A stretch of 64,000 nucleotides of DNA, from positions 19,991 through 83,990 of the forward strand of contig JAJPJJ010000086.1 in assembly GCA_021324295.1 (NCBI GenBank). The letters run 5' to 3'. Each line of letters opens with the position of its first letter. Positions within the stretch are counted from its first letter, which is position 1. Shown here in pieces: positions 9,901 to 19,681 of this stretch. The notes below the pieces were generated by a model. It did no database searches. It saw only the letters and a program-made list of their open reading frames with translations, and was not told where the DNA came from. A program made the translations under genes and the position numbers. This stretch comes from Bacillota bacterium (lineage in GTDB: Bacteria; Sysuimicrobiota; Sysuimicrobiia; Sysuimicrobiales; Segetimicrobiaceae).

Positions 9901-10033
9901 GGCGTCCCCGAGGCGCTCCCCGGCGACGAACCGCCGGGCGGCGCGCCGCAGGAGCGGCGCGCCGCCCGCGGCCCGGCGGAGGCGCGACGAGCGTGAGAGC
10001 GCGAGGAAGACCGCCCTCAGCAGCGGGCGTGCC

Positions 10034-11311
10034 TTACGGGTAGATCCCGCGGGTCATCAGCGCGTCGGCGACCCGCCCCACCGCGCGGACGAGCGCGCCC
10101 GTGCGCATGTCCACCTTCTTCTCCTGCGATGCGGCGAGCACGTCGCGGAAGCTACGCACCATGATGCGCTCCAACCGTTCGTTGATCTCTTCTTCGCTCC
10201 AGAAGAACGACTGCAGGTCCTGCACCCACTCGAAGTACGAGACGATCACGCCGCCCGCGTTGGCGAGGATATCCGGCACGATGAACACCTTGCGCTCGCG
10301 GAGAATCTCGTCGGCCTCCGGGGTCACCGGGCCGTTGGCGCCCTCGACGATCATGCGCGCCTGGATCCGCGACGCGTTGTCCTTGGTGATCTGGCCTTCG
10401 AGCGCGCTCGGCACGAGGATCTCACACGGCAGCTCGAGCAGGTCGTCGTTGGTGACGGCGTCGCTCCCGCGGTACCCGACGACGCTGCCGGTCTGCTCCT
10501 TGTGCCGCAGCAGGTCCCGCGGGTCGATGCCCTTCTCGGCGTACACGCCCCCGCTGCTGTCGCTCACCCCGACGATCCGGCACCCCTGCTCGTGCAGGAG
10601 CTGCGCGGCGATGCTCCCGACGTTCCCGAACCCCTGCACCACGACCCGGGCGCCGGCGAGCGACATGCCCAGGTGCCGGGCCGCCTCCCGCGCGACAATC
10701 GTGACGCCCCGCCCGGTCGCCTCGATCCGGCCGGCCGAGCCGCCGATCGCGATCGGCTTGCCGGTCACGACCGCGGGCACCGAGTATCCGTGGTGCATGC
10801 TGTAGGTATCCATGATCCACGCCATGACCTGGGGGGTCGTGCCGACGTCCGGCGCCGGGATGTCGCTCTCCGGGCCGATCAGGATCCCGATCTCGGTCGC
10901 GTACCGCCGGGTCAAGCGCTCCAGCTCCTCGTGCGACAGCTCCTTGGGATTGCACACGACGCCGCCCTTGGCACCGCCGTACGGCAGCCCGACCACCGCG
11001 CACTTCCAGGTCATCAGCATCGCGAGCGCCCGGACCTCGTTCAGCGAGACGTCCGGGTGGTAGCGGATGCCCCCCTTCGTGGGACCGAGCACCGTGCTGT
11101 GATGGATACGATAGCCCGTGAACACCCGCACGGACCCGTCCTCCATCTTCACCGGGAAGTTCACCGTAAGCTCCCGCTTGGGTTGCATGAGGAACTCCCG
11201 CACGCCCCGCTTGAGCGCGAGCAGGTCGGCTGCCACCGAGAACTGCTCGAGGGCGACCTTCCAGGGATCTTCCCGCGGTGCCGTCAAGACCGCCTTGGCT
11301 GCCATCCGCAT
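10034..11311 (-). CDS. gdh: Glutamate dehydrogenase (Glu/Leu/Phe/Val dehydrogenase family)
   Basis: Motifs [20 protein letters not shown] and the Rossmann motif [12 protein letters not shown] 11311 or 11305 follows GGAGGAGG. Confidence 0.93.
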   Translation of the reverse strand: MRMAAKAVLTAPREDPWKVALEQFSVAADLLALKRGVREFLMQPKRELTVNFPVKMEDGSVRVFTGYRIHHSTVLGPTKGGIRYHPDVSLNEVRALAMLMTWKCAVVGLPYGGAKGGVVCNPKELSHEELERLTRRYATEIGILIGPESDIPAPDVGTTPQVMAWIMDTYSMHHGYSVPAVVTGKPIAIGGSAGRIEATGRGVTIVAREAARHLGMSLAGARVVVQGFGNVGSIAAQLLHEQGCRIVGVSDSSGGVYAEKGIDPRDLLRHKEQTGSVVGYRGSDAVTNDDLLELPCEILVPSALEGQITKDNASRIQARMIVEGANGPVTPEADEILRERKVFIVPDILANAGGVIVSYFEWVQDLQSFFWSEEEINERLERIMVRSFRDVLAASQEKKVDMRTGALVRAVGRVADALMTRGIYP

Positions 11312-12642
11312 CCGCCTCCTCCGCGTGTCGCTCCGGTCTGTGAGCCCCCGACTCCTCGCACCCGTGTCGCATCCAGGCACATCGAGACGCCGGTCCGGGG
11401 GCGCGCCGGCCCGGCGAGGCGTCGCTCGAGGACGTCCAGCGCCCGCCCCAATTGGGCGTCCCGGATCCGGCGGACCTCTGCCGGCGGCTTGCCCTCGAGC
11501 CGCGCGCCGACGGCGACGTCGGGCGCGAGCCCGGTCCGGTGGATGGAGCGGCCGGCCGGCGTCAGGTACTGGTCCGTGGTGATCGCGGCGCCGGCGCCGC
11601 CCGGGAGGGAGAACACGGTCTGGACGATGCCCTTGCCGAAGGTCCGCACGCCCACGAGCGTCGCGAGGCGGTCATCCTGGAGCGCCCCGGCCAGGATCTC
11701 TGACGCGCTGGCCGTGTACTCGTTGACGAGGACCGCGATCGGACGACGGTAGCGGGCGGCGCCCGTCGCATAGGCGCTGGTCCGTACCCCGTTGCGGTCG
11801 ACGGTCGAAACGATCGGCCCGGACGGCACGAACTCGTCCGCCACACCGATGGCCGCATCCACAAGGCCGCCGCCGTTGTCACGGAGGTCCAGGACGAGTC
11901 CGCGGGGGGCCCGCGCGGCGACCTCCCGCAGCGCACGGCGGAACTCGTCTGCGGTCGTCTGGTCGAACATCAGGATCCGCAGGTATCCCACGCGCAGCCG
12001 GTGCAGGCGCGCGCGGGCGGCCGGATCCAGGACCTCTTCCCCTTCCACGCTGGGGGCGTGGACGACCTGCCGCGTCACGGTGACCGCGAGCGGCCGGCCC
12101 GCACGGACGATCCGCAGGCGGACCGCGGTCCCCGGCGCCCCGCGGATCAGGCTGACGGCCCGCTGCAGGGCCATCTCGCGCGTCGGGCGGCCGTCGATCT
12201 CCACGATCCGGTCGCCGGCGGCGAGGCCGGCCCGGGCGGCGGGGGTGCCCGGCATCGGCGAGACGACCACCACCTCGCCGTCCTTGAGCTCGATCATGAT
12301 GCCGATCCCGGAGAACACGCCGGCGCTCGCGTCCTGGAACTCCCGGTACGCCCGCGGCTCCATGAACCGCGTGTACGGATCGCCGAGCGCTTCCAGCATC
12401 CCGCGCGCGGCGCCGTAGAGCAACTGCTGGCTGGTCGTCCGCCGGTCGATGTACCGGGTCTCCACCAGGCGCTGGAGATCCCGCAAGAGCACGAACTGCG
12501 CGGCCGTGGGGTCCGGCCGGGCGGCGGGCGGGGCCGCGCCGCGGACCGCCCCGGCGCGATAGCCCACCAGGAACGTCCCGACGAGGAGGACCGCGGCGCC
12601 CACGGCCGCGAGGACCCGCTGGTGGCGCATGCTCCCTCCCAT
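11284..12642 (-). CDS. Carboxyl-terminal processing protease (peptidase S41) with PDZ domain
   Basis: N-terminal TM segment, a PDZ-like region ([41 protein letters not shown]) and an S41 catalytic region (DLRDNGGGL...[15 protein letters not shown]...GVRTFGKG). The start is ATG 12642 or 12630. Confidence 0.9.
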   Translation of the reverse strand: MGGSMRHQRVLAAVGAAVLLVGTFLVGYRAGAVRGAAPPAARPDPTAAQFVLLRDLQRLVETRYIDRRTTSQQLLYGAARGMLEALGDPYTRFMEPRAYREFQDASAGVFSGIGIMIELKDGEVVVVSPMPGTPAARAGLAAGDRIVEIDGRPTREMALQRAVSLIRGAPGTAVRLRIVRAGRPLAVTVTRQVVHAPSVEGEEVLDPAARARLHRLRVGYLRILMFDQTTADEFRRALREVAARAPRGLVLDLRDNGGGLVDAAIGVADEFVPSGPIVSTVDRNGVRTSAYATGAARYRRPIAVLVNEYTASASEILAGALQDDRLATLVGVRTFGKGIVQTVFSLPGGAGAAITTDQYLTPAGRSIHRTGLAPDVAVGARLEGKPPAEVRRIRDAQLGRALDVLERRLAGPARPRTGVSMCLDATRVRGVGGSQTGATRGGGGCGWQPRRS

Positions 12643-12708
12643 CCTCCCTGGCTCGCGACTACTCCTCGTCGGTCCGCCGACCCATCCGGCGGGGGCGGGC
12701 GCCGGGCG

Positions 12709-13632
12709 CTACACGTGCAGGTAGCGCCGGACGGCGAGCAGGCTCCCGGCGACGCCGAGCACGATCCCCCACACCACCAATTTCCAGGACACGTCCAGCG
12801 CGACCTGCTCGGGCGCCGGCAGCGGCAGGAACGGCAGGGTTCCCTGCGCCCCGTGGACGACGAGCGCGTACGCGGCGAGCACGAGCAGCACCGCCGCGGC
12901 GGCGCCGCAGGCCCCCGTGATCGCCCCCTCCACGATGAACGGCCAGCGGATGAACCACGCCGTCGCGCCCACGAGGCGCATCACCTCGATCTCGGCGCGC
13001 CGGGCAAATACCGTGACCCGGATCGTGCTCGCGATGATGACGAGGGCGACGAGCGCGAGCGCGCCGCCCAGCGCCGCCCCGAAGAGCCGCACGGCCCGGG
13101 TCACCGCCAGCAGGCGCTGGACGGTTTGCGCGCTGTAGCTGACGTCCTCCACCTGGGGCAGATGGGACGCGTCCGCGGCGATCCCGCGCAGGCGGTCGGG
13201 ACGGTCCACGGTGACCACGAACGAGGCCGGGAGCGGGTTCCGGCTGAGCAGGTCGCGCAGCTCGGCGTGACCGCCCAGCGACTGCTGGAACCGCGCGAGC
13301 GCCTCGTCCTTCGAGACGTACTCCAGGCCGGTCACGCCGGGAAGGCGGCCGAGGCGGGCGCGGACGGTCTCCACCGCCGCCGGCGCGAGACCGTCACGCA
13401 GGTAAACCACGACCTGGACCTGCTGCTCGACGTACCGCGCGACGTGGCCGACGGCCCCGGCGACGACGAGCGCGCCGCCCAGCGCGAGCAGGGTCACCAT
13501 CGTGATCACGACCGCGGCCAGGCTCATCAGGCCGTTGCGCGTGAACCCCTGCCACCCCTGCGCGAGGAAGTAGCGCAGGGCGCCGGCCCGTCGGGACCGC
13601 GCGCGCTCCGGCCGGGCGCCCTCACGCGCCAC
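12709..13632 (-). CDS. ftsX: Cell division ABC transporter permease FtsX
   Basis: FtsX topology and sequence (FTRNGLMSLAAVVITMVTLL ... EIEVMRLVGATAWFIRWPFIVEG). It lies directly after ftsE, and its GTG start overlaps the ftsE stop. Confidence 0.92.
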   Translation of the reverse strand: MAREGARPERARSRRAGALRYFLAQGWQGFTRNGLMSLAAVVITMVTLLALGGALVVAGAVGHVARYVEQQVQVVVYLRDGLAPAAVETVRARLGRLPGVTGLEYVSKDEALARFQQSLGGHAELRDLLSRNPLPASFVVTVDRPDRLRGIAADASHLPQVEDVSYSAQTVQRLLAVTRAVRLFGAALGGALALVALVIIASTIRVTVFARRAEIEVMRLVGATAWFIRWPFIVEGAITGACGAAAAVLLVLAAYALVVHGAQGTLPFLPLPAPEQVALDVSWKLVVWGIVLGVAGSLLAVRRYLHV

Positions 13633-14308
13633 CGGCGTACAGCCCCCGCTGCTCGTCGCGCACCACGGCGCCCCCGTCGATCGCGATGACGCGCCGGCGC
13701 AGGATGTCGACGATCGTCTTGTCGTGCGTCGTCACGACGACCGTCGTGCCGGCCCGGTTGATCTGGGAGAGGAGCTGCACGATCTCCCAGGAGGTGTCCG
13801 GATCCAGGTTCCCCGTCGGCTCGTCCGCGAGGAGCAGCGGCGGCCGGTGCACCAGCGCGCGGGCGATGCTGACGCGCTGCTGCTCGCCGGCCGACAGCTC
13901 GCCGGGCAGCGCGTCCGCGCGGGCGGCGAGGCCGACGACGTCCAGCACCTCCCGGACCCGCCCGTCCACCAGCGCGGGCGGGGTGCCCGTGACCTCGAGG
14001 GCGAACGCGACGTTCTCCCGCGCGGTCTTCCTCGGCAGCAGCCGGAAGTCCTGAAACACCACCCCGAGCTGGCGCCGCAGGAACGGCACCTGGCGGATCG
14101 GCATACGGCCCACGTCCTGGCCGCGCACGAGGACGCGGCCGGACGTGGGGGCTTCCTCGCGATAGATGAGCTTGAGCAGGGTGGATTTCCCGGTGCCGGT
14201 CGGTCCCACGACGAACACGAACTCCTGTGGCTCGATGCGCAGCGTCACGTCGCGCAGCGCCACCACGCCCGTCGGGTACGCCTTGGTCACGCGATCGAAC
14301 TCGACCAT
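13622..14308 (-). CDS. ftsE: Cell division ATP-binding protein FtsE
   Basis: MVEFDRVTKAYP..., Walker A GPTGTGKST, signature LSAGEQQRVSIARAL and Walker B LLLADEPTGNLD. The start is ATG at 14308. The remainder of the 532-aa track ORF is Arg/Gly junk. Confidence 0.93.
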   Translation of the reverse strand: MVEFDRVTKAYPTGVVALRDVTLRIEPQEFVFVVGPTGTGKSTLLKLIYREEAPTSGRVLVRGQDVGRMPIRQVPFLRRQLGVVFQDFRLLPRKTARENVAFALEVTGTPPALVDGRVREVLDVVGLAARADALPGELSAGEQQRVSIARALVHRPPLLLADEPTGNLDPDTSWEIVQLLSQINRAGTTVVVTTHDKTIVDILRRRVIAIDGGAVVRDEQRGLYAGGA

Positions 14309-14478
14309 CGGGAACGCCGGCGCGGCCCGCCGCACCTGATCCGCAACGCCGCCCGCCGCGGCCGGCGCTCCGCCGCGCTGCTCCACGCCACCCGCCCCCC
14401 GGTCTCCGCCCGTCTCCAGCGGCATTGTGCCCCGATCGGGCGGCCGGGGCGACCCACCGGGCGGAGCGGCCGTGGGCG

Positions 14479-15249
14479 TCACTCCGTGGGGATGCTGAGG
14501 CTCCACGATCTGATCACCGGTGTCAGCTCGTCGTCGGTCATGTCCAGTCGCAGCGGCGTCACGGAGATTCGCCCCTCCGCGACGGCGCGCGCGTCGGTAC
14601 CGGGGGCGTGCTGCACCTCCTCCGCGGCACCGGTCAGCCAGTAGTAGGCGCGGCCCCGGGGATCGGAGCGCTTCTCCAGGCGGTTCACGTACCGTCGGGC
14701 GCTCTGCCGCGTGACCTCCACGCCGCGCAGCTCCGAGGCCGGGCGGTTCGGGAGGTTGACATTGAGAAACGTGTCGCGCGGCAGCCCTCGCCGCCTGACC
14801 TCCTGCACGAGGCCCGCCGCGAACCTCGCGGCGGGCTGCCAGTGCACGTCCTCGAACCCCGCCACCGAGATCGCCACCGCGGCGATCCCGAAGAGCGTGG
14901 CCTCGACCGCGCCGGAGACGGTGCCGGAGTAGATCAGGTCCATGCCGAGGTTGGCCCCCAGGTTGATGCCGGAGACCACGACGTCGGGAGGGCTCTCGAG
15001 CAGATCCAGCACGCCGAGCACGACGCAGTCCGCGGGCGTCCCGTTGGTCGCCCAGGCCGGCACCCCCGTGTCGCCGAGCCGCACCGGCACGGCGCGCAGG
15101 GGCTTGTGCAGCGTGATCGCGTGGCTGGCGGCGCTGCGCTCGTGCTCCGGCGCGACGACAAACGTCTCGGCGACCTCGCGGATCGCGCTCGCGAGCGCGA
15201 TGAGGCCCGGGGAGGCGCACCCATCGTCGTTGGTCAGCAGCGCGCGCAT
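14479..15249 (-). CDS. surE: 5'/3'-nucleotidase SurE
   Basis: MRALLTNDDGCASPGL...SGINLGANLG...YSGTVSGAVEA is the SurE signature. The start is ATG at 15249. Confidence 0.93.
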   Translation of the reverse strand: MRALLTNDDGCASPGLIALASAIREVAETFVVAPEHERSAASHAITLHKPLRAVPVRLGDTGVPAWATNGTPADCVVLGVLDLLESPPDVVVSGINLGANLGMDLIYSGTVSGAVEATLFGIAAVAISVAGFEDVHWQPAARFAAGLVQEVRRRGLPRDTFLNVNLPNRPASELRGVEVTRQSARRYVNRLEKRSDPRGRAYYWLTGAAEEVQHAPGTDARAVAEGRISVTPLRLDMTDDELTPVIRSWSLSIPTE

Positions 15250-15304
15250 CTCGGCGGGCCCGGGTCGCGCGGTCCTGGCGCGGCCGCCCCCGGGCGGATG
15301 ACGC

Positions 15305-15849
15305 TCACCGCAGCGCCTCCAGGGCGGCCGCAAACGCCGCGTATGCCGGCTCGCCGTACAGCGCGAACAGCACCTCCTCGAGAGCGCTGCCCGCCCGCAG
15401 ATGCGCGGCCGTCTCCTCCAGCATCGCGGCGGCCGCCCGGTCCAGCGGGAAGCCACCGACGCCCGTGCCGAGCGCGGGGAACGCCAGCGAGCGCAGGCGC
15501 AGCGTCTCCGCCACGCGGAGCGCGCTGTGGGTCGCGGCGCGGACGGTCTGCTCGTTGGTCCTCAAGTCCTGCCCCATCGTGACCGCGTGGATGACATAGC
15601 GGGCCGGCAGCCGCCCCGCCCCGGTCGCCACCGCGTCGCCGACCGCGAGGGGGCCTCGGCGCACCGCCTCCGCTTCGATCTCGGCACCGCCCCGCCGCTT
15701 GATCGCGCCCGCGACGCCTCCGCCCATCCACGGTGGTCGTTCGCCGCGTTCACGATCGCGTCCACCGCGAGCGACGTCAGGTCCCCCTGAACGAGCCGGA
15801 CGCGCGCGGGGCCGATCCGGCGCTCGGCCGGCGCGGGACGCTCGCTCAT
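15305..15849 (-). pseudogene. Macro-domain (ADP-ribose-binding/Appr-1''-pase-like) gene split by a single-nucleotide frameshift near 15728-15735
   Basis: One frame (15849 downwards) encodes MSERPAPAERRIGPARVRLVQGDLTSLAVDAIVNAANDHRGW. The next frame (ATG 15727 onwards) encodes MGGGVAGAIKRRGGAEIEAEAV...YVIHAVTMG...SLAFPALGTGVGGFP. Together they form one canonical macro domain if one nucleotide is restored. Confidence 0.8.
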
Positions 15850-15856
15850 CCGGGCA

Positions 15857-17035
15857 TCAATCCTGGTCGCGCCACCAATCCGGGGAGACGTCCTTCTTCT
15901 TGAAGGTCCGGACGACGGGGCGGGTGCCGACCTTCTCGCGGGACACGCGCTTGCGCAACTCCTCGTACTCGTGCAGGTTGGTCAGCACCTTGAGGGTCTC
16001 CCAGATCGCCTCTTCCACCTGGCCTCCATCCTTGAGCAGCAAATCCACGAGCGGCTCGATCACCCGTTTGTCGCGGAGCTTGCCGAGCAGGCGGACCGAG
16101 AGGCGCTTGACGTCCGGATCCTCGTCGCCGAGGGATCGGATCAGGTGCTCGAACGACGCCTCGCCCATGAGCGCGTACAGCGCCCTGAGGGCGAACCGCC
16201 GCACCTTGCCGCTGGGGCTGGCCATCGCCTCCGTGAGCGCGCGGAGCGTGGCCTCGCGGTCGCCCTGCGAGAGCGCCTGGACGAGTTCCGCCGGCAGCCC
16301 GGTCTCGCGGTCTCCGGGCGGGAACGTCAGCGCGCCTCGCTCCTCGAGCCGGCCCAGCGTGCCGACGGCGGTCTCCTGCATGCGCGGGTCGGTGAGGAAG
16401 GTCCCGAGGATCGGCGCCACCACGCGACGGTCCCCGATCCGCCCCAGGATCGTCAAGGCAGTGTACCTGACATAATGATTCTCGTCCCCCAGCACCGCAA
16501 GCAGCGGCTCCACCGTCCGGCTGCCCATCTCCGTCAGGATGCGGAGGACCTGGGCGCCGATGCGCCGGCGCAGGTAGCGGTCCTTGAACGTCTCCATGAG
16601 CGGCGCGACCGCGTCCGGGCCGATCCGCGACAGCGCCTCCGTGGCCGCGGAGACGAGCGACCGCTCGCGCCGCCCGAGCACCTTGATCAGAGCCTCCACG
16701 GCGCCGGCGTCGCGCAGCTCGCCGAGCCCCTTGACCGCCTGCAGGCACACCTGCTCGGAGCGGTCGGCCAGCGCGACCCGCATCGCCTCCATCGCCCGGG
16801 TGCCGCCGATGCGGCGGAGCGCCATCACGGCGCTCTTACGGACGTACTCGTCCTGGTCGCGCAGCGCCTCGGCCAGGGCCGGAACCGCACGCTCGTTCCC
16901 CAGTTTGCCGAGCGCGTGCGCCGCGTCGCTGCGGAGCGTCACGTCCGCGCTCCTGAGCTGGTGCAGGAAGCGCTCGACCTCGTGATCCGATCCGGGGGTC
17001 TCCGGGCGCGCGCCGGAGACCGGCGTCGTGTTCAT
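15857..17035 (-). CDS. HEAT-repeat (PBS-lyase-type) protein
   Basis: Repeated motifs of the form R..A..ALG.LG...AV..L...L.D.D..VR..A..AL..IG throughout. ATG 17035 is preceded by AGGAGGAAC. Confidence 0.85.
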   Translation of the reverse strand: MNTTPVSGARPETPGSDHEVERFLHQLRSADVTLRSDAAHALGKLGNERAVPALAEALRDQDEYVRKSAVMALRRIGGTRAMEAMRVALADRSEQVCLQAVKGLGELRDAGAVEALIKVLGRRERSLVSAATEALSRIGPDAVAPLMETFKDRYLRRRIGAQVLRILTEMGSRTVEPLLAVLGDENHYVRYTALTILGRIGDRRVVAPILGTFLTDPRMQETAVGTLGRLEERGALTFPPGDRETGLPAELVQALSQGDREATLRALTEAMASPSGKVRRFALRALYALMGEASFEHLIRSLGDEDPDVKRLSVRLLGKLRDKRVIEPLVDLLLKDGGQVEEAIWETLKVLTNLHEYEELRKRVSREKVGTRPVVRTFKKKDVSPDWWRDQD

Positions 17036-17088
17036 GGAAGTTCCTCCTGGCCCCAAGGCAGACGTTCGCCGCTTGAGGAACCCTCTCC

Positions 17089-17117
17089 TTGATTATTTAT
17101 ACACCGCCGGCTATACT
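17089..17117 (+). promoter_or_regulatory. Sigma-70-like promoter for the 17157 ORF-hpt operon (in a divergent AT-rich patch)
   Basis: TTGATT (17089-17094), a 17-nt spacer, then TATACT (17112-17117). This is the only AT-rich patch in the divergent gap, about 40 nt upstream of the GGAGGA RBS and GTG 17157. Confidence 0.55.
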
Positions 17118-17156
17118 AAGTCACAAGTTGCGCGATCGGAGGGACCCCGGAGGACG

Positions 17157-17519
17157 GTGAAGGCCTCCAGCACGAGCGGCGCCGGCCCCGTCCGGTTTGC
17201 CCACAGGAGCGAGGCCGAGTTCGCCAGGATCCTGGATTTCTACGGGATCCGCTGGGAATACGAGCCCCGGAGCTTTCCCCTGCGGTGGGACGACCGGGGC
17301 CGCATCACGGAGAGCTTCAACCCCGACTTCTACCTTCCCGACCTGGACCTGTACATCGAGCTCACGACGCTCAAGCAGAGCCTGGTCACCGAGAAGAACC
17401 GCAAGATCCGGCGGCTGCGCGAGCTGTACCCCGACGTGCACCTCAAGATCTTCTACGGCCGGGACTACAGGCAGCTGCTCTTGAAGTACGGCCTCCGGCC
17501 CGCGGCCACCGCGCGGTGA
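17157..17519 (+). CDS. Small PD-(D/E)xK nuclease-like hypothetical protein
   Basis: GTG 17157 follows GGAGGA. The product contains HRSEAEFARILDFYGIRWEYEP...FNPDFYLPDLDLYIELTTLKQ...KNRKIRRL. This spacing is compatible with a D...(D/E)xK restriction-endonuclease-like core. Its stop overlaps the hpt start (GTGA). Confidence 0.6.
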   Translation: MKASSTSGAGPVRFAHRSEAEFARILDFYGIRWEYEPRSFPLRWDDRGRITESFNPDFYLPDLDLYIELTTLKQSLVTEKNRKIRRLRELYPDVHLKIFYGRDYRQLLLKYGLRPAATAR

Positions 17520-18139
17520 CGGGGCGCGATCCGCTGGGCGCGGCAGCCCGCGACATCCGGGAGGTCCTCCTCACCGGGGACGAGATCGCAGCACGCGTCC
17601 GGGACCTGGCCGGGGCGATCACGCGCGACTACGCGGACCGATCCCCGCTGTGCGTCTCCGTGCTCAAGGGCGCGGTGTATTTCCTCACGGACCTCACCAG
17701 GGCGCTCGGGATCCCCGTGCAGATCGACTTCATGGCGATCACGAGCTACGGGAGCGCGCGCGAGCGGAGCGGGGTCGTCCGCCTGCTCAAGGACCTGGAC
17801 GTGGAGATCACCGGCCGGCACGTCCTCCTCGTCGAAGACATCATCGACACCGGCCTCACGGCCGGCTACCTGCTCCGCCTCCTGCAGGCGCGCTCCCCGG
17901 CGAGCCTCCGGATCTGCACCCTGCTGGACCGTCCGTACCGGCGGATCCTCGACACCCTGGAGATCGCCTACAGAGGCTTCGAAATTCCCGACCGGTTCGT
18001 GGTGGGCTACGGCCTGGACTACCGCGAGCACTACCGGCACCTGCCGTTCATCGGGGTGCTGCGCGACGACATCCTCAGCGGGGAGACGCCTCCGGCCGGG
18101 CTCGCCCCCGCGGGCGATGCGCGCGCGTCGCCCGCGTAG
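17516..18139 (+). CDS. hpt: Hypoxanthine phosphoribosyltransferase
   Basis: PRPP-binding motif HVLLVEDIIDTGLT and FVVGYGLDYREHYRHLPFIGVL. The GTG start at 17516 overlaps the upstream stop. Confidence 0.92.
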   Translation: MTGRDPLGAAARDIREVLLTGDEIAARVRDLAGAITRDYADRSPLCVSVLKGAVYFLTDLTRALGIPVQIDFMAITSYGSARERSGVVRLLKDLDVEITGRHVLLVEDIIDTGLTAGYLLRLLQARSPASLRICTLLDRPYRRILDTLEIAYRGFEIPDRFVVGYGLDYREHYRHLPFIGVLRDDILSGETPPAGLAPAGDARASPA

Positions 18140-18266
18140 GCGCAAGTCCCGCTGTCGCACCCTGCATGCCCGGCGCAAGGTCCCGCGGACCCGCCGGGCC
18201 CGGCCCTCGCTTCCTGTCGAGGGACGGATTCGAACGTGCGCTCCAGGCGGAGCCCCGCGCCTTCCA

Positions 18267-19550
18267 TCACCGCCGACGGACGGCGGAGGCAGACCCCGCC
18301 CCCTGCCCCACGCCGGCAGCGGGATGCGATCGATCCGGGTCCTCGGCGTCCGCGAGCCGCCCGGGCCGCACCGCGCCGTCCCCGAACCGCGTGTTGATCG
18401 CGTCCATCACGCGGTCCGCTCGGTCCCGCCGGCCGCCGCCGAAGAGATCGAGTTGCGCCGAGCGGCCCAGCCGCGAGGCGCTCACGCCCAGCAGGCGAAT
18501 GGCGCGGCCGCGCTCCGGGATGCGGCTCCACATCCACTCCGCGGCGCGGTAGAGGTCCTGGCCCGTATCCGTGGGCGCATCCAGCGTCGCGCGCCGGGTG
18601 ACCGTCCGGAAGTCCCCGTAGCGGACCTTGAGCGTGACGGTCTGACCGCGCAGCCCTTGCCCGCGCAGGCCCCGGGCCACCTCCTCGGCGAGCGACGCGA
18701 GGGTCCGCCGGAGGATCTCCGGGTCCCTCGTATCGTGGGCGAACGTCACCTCGCGGCCCACCGACTTTGCCCGCGCGCCGGCCTCGACCGGCCGGTCGTC
18801 GATTCCGCGGCTGAGCGCGGCGAGGTGCTCCGCGGCAAACCCGAGCGAGGCCCGCAGGACCGACGTCGGGGCGCGGCGCAGCGCCCCGATCGTGGTGATG
18901 CCCATCGAACCGAGGCGGCGGCGGGTCTCCTCTCCCACGCCCCAGAGGAACGTGACCGGCAGCGGGTCCAGGACCTCCTGCACCTCCTCGGGCCCGATGC
19001 GGCGCAGCCCATCGGGCTTCGCGAGCTCGCTCGCGAGCTTCGCGAGGAACTTGTTCGGGGCGACGCCGATCGACGCGGGAAGATCGAGCGCGGCGCGGAT
19101 CCGGGCTTTGATGGCCCGCCCGATGGCGAGGCCGGGATCCTCCGCGGCGCCGGGGCCATCGGCGCGTGATGCCTCCTGGCGTGCCCCGCCTCCCGGGACG
19201 GGGCACCCGGTCAGGTCGAGGAACGCCTCGTCGATCGACAGCGGCTCGATCCGCGGCGTGAACGTCTCGAGGATCTCGAAGAGCTGCGCGGACACGGCGC
19301 GATACTTCTCCATGTCCACCGGGAGGAAGATCGCCTGCGGGCACCGGGCCCGGGCCTCGCGCGACGGCATCGCGGAGCGGATCCCGTAGCGCCGCGCCTC
19401 GTAGGATGCCGCCGCGACGACGCCGCGCGCGCTCGGAGGGGCGCCAACCACCACCGGGAAGCCGCGGTAGCGGGGGTGGTCCCGCACCTCGATCGCAGCG
19501 TAGAACGCATCCATGTCGACGTGCGCGATGATCCGGGCGAGCCTCTCCAC
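18267..19550 (-). CDS. dinB: DNA polymerase IV (Y-family)
   Basis: IIAHVDMDAFYAAIEVRDHP...VVVG...GVVAAASYEARRYGIRSAMP and LSIDEAFLDLTG are Y-family polymerase motifs. Confidence 0.93.
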   Translation of the reverse strand: MERLARIIAHVDMDAFYAAIEVRDHPRYRGFPVVVGAPPSARGVVAAASYEARRYGIRSAMPSREARARCPQAIFLPVDMEKYRAVSAQLFEILETFTPRIEPLSIDEAFLDLTGCPVPGGGARQEASRADGPGAAEDPGLAIGRAIKARIRAALDLPASIGVAPNKFLAKLASELAKPDGLRRIGPEEVQEVLDPLPVTFLWGVGEETRRRLGSMGITTIGALRRAPTSVLRASLGFAAEHLAALSRGIDDRPVEAGARAKSVGREVTFAHDTRDPEILRRTLASLAEEVARGLRGQGLRGQTVTLKVRYGDFRTVTRRATLDAPTDTGQDLYRAAEWMWSRIPERGRAIRLLGVSASRLGRSAQLDLFGGGRRDRADRVMDAINTRFGDGAVRPGRLADAEDPDRSHPAAGVGQGAGSASAVRRR

Positions 19551-19681
19551 GGCGCCCCCAGCGCGAACGTCTGTTCGCCCTCATTGTACGCCAGGGCGCC
19601 GCGGGGGTCAACGGCTCTGCTCCGCCCGCTCCGCCCGACCGGCTGGCACGGCCCGGCGAAGCGGTGCCCCGGCAGCTCACC

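Noticed and set aside
13622-15220. 532-aa ORF that appears to fuse ftsE with a long N-terminal extension overlapping surE.
   Set aside because: Only the last 228 aa (from ATG 14308) match FtsE. The extension is Arg/Gly junk and overlaps the well-supported surE gene in another frame.
18215-18245. GGATTCGAAC, a tRNA T-loop-like string in the hpt-dinB convergent gap, considered as a possible tRNA or tRNA fragment.
   Set aside because: I could not build a T-stem, acceptor stem or anticodon arm around it on either strand.
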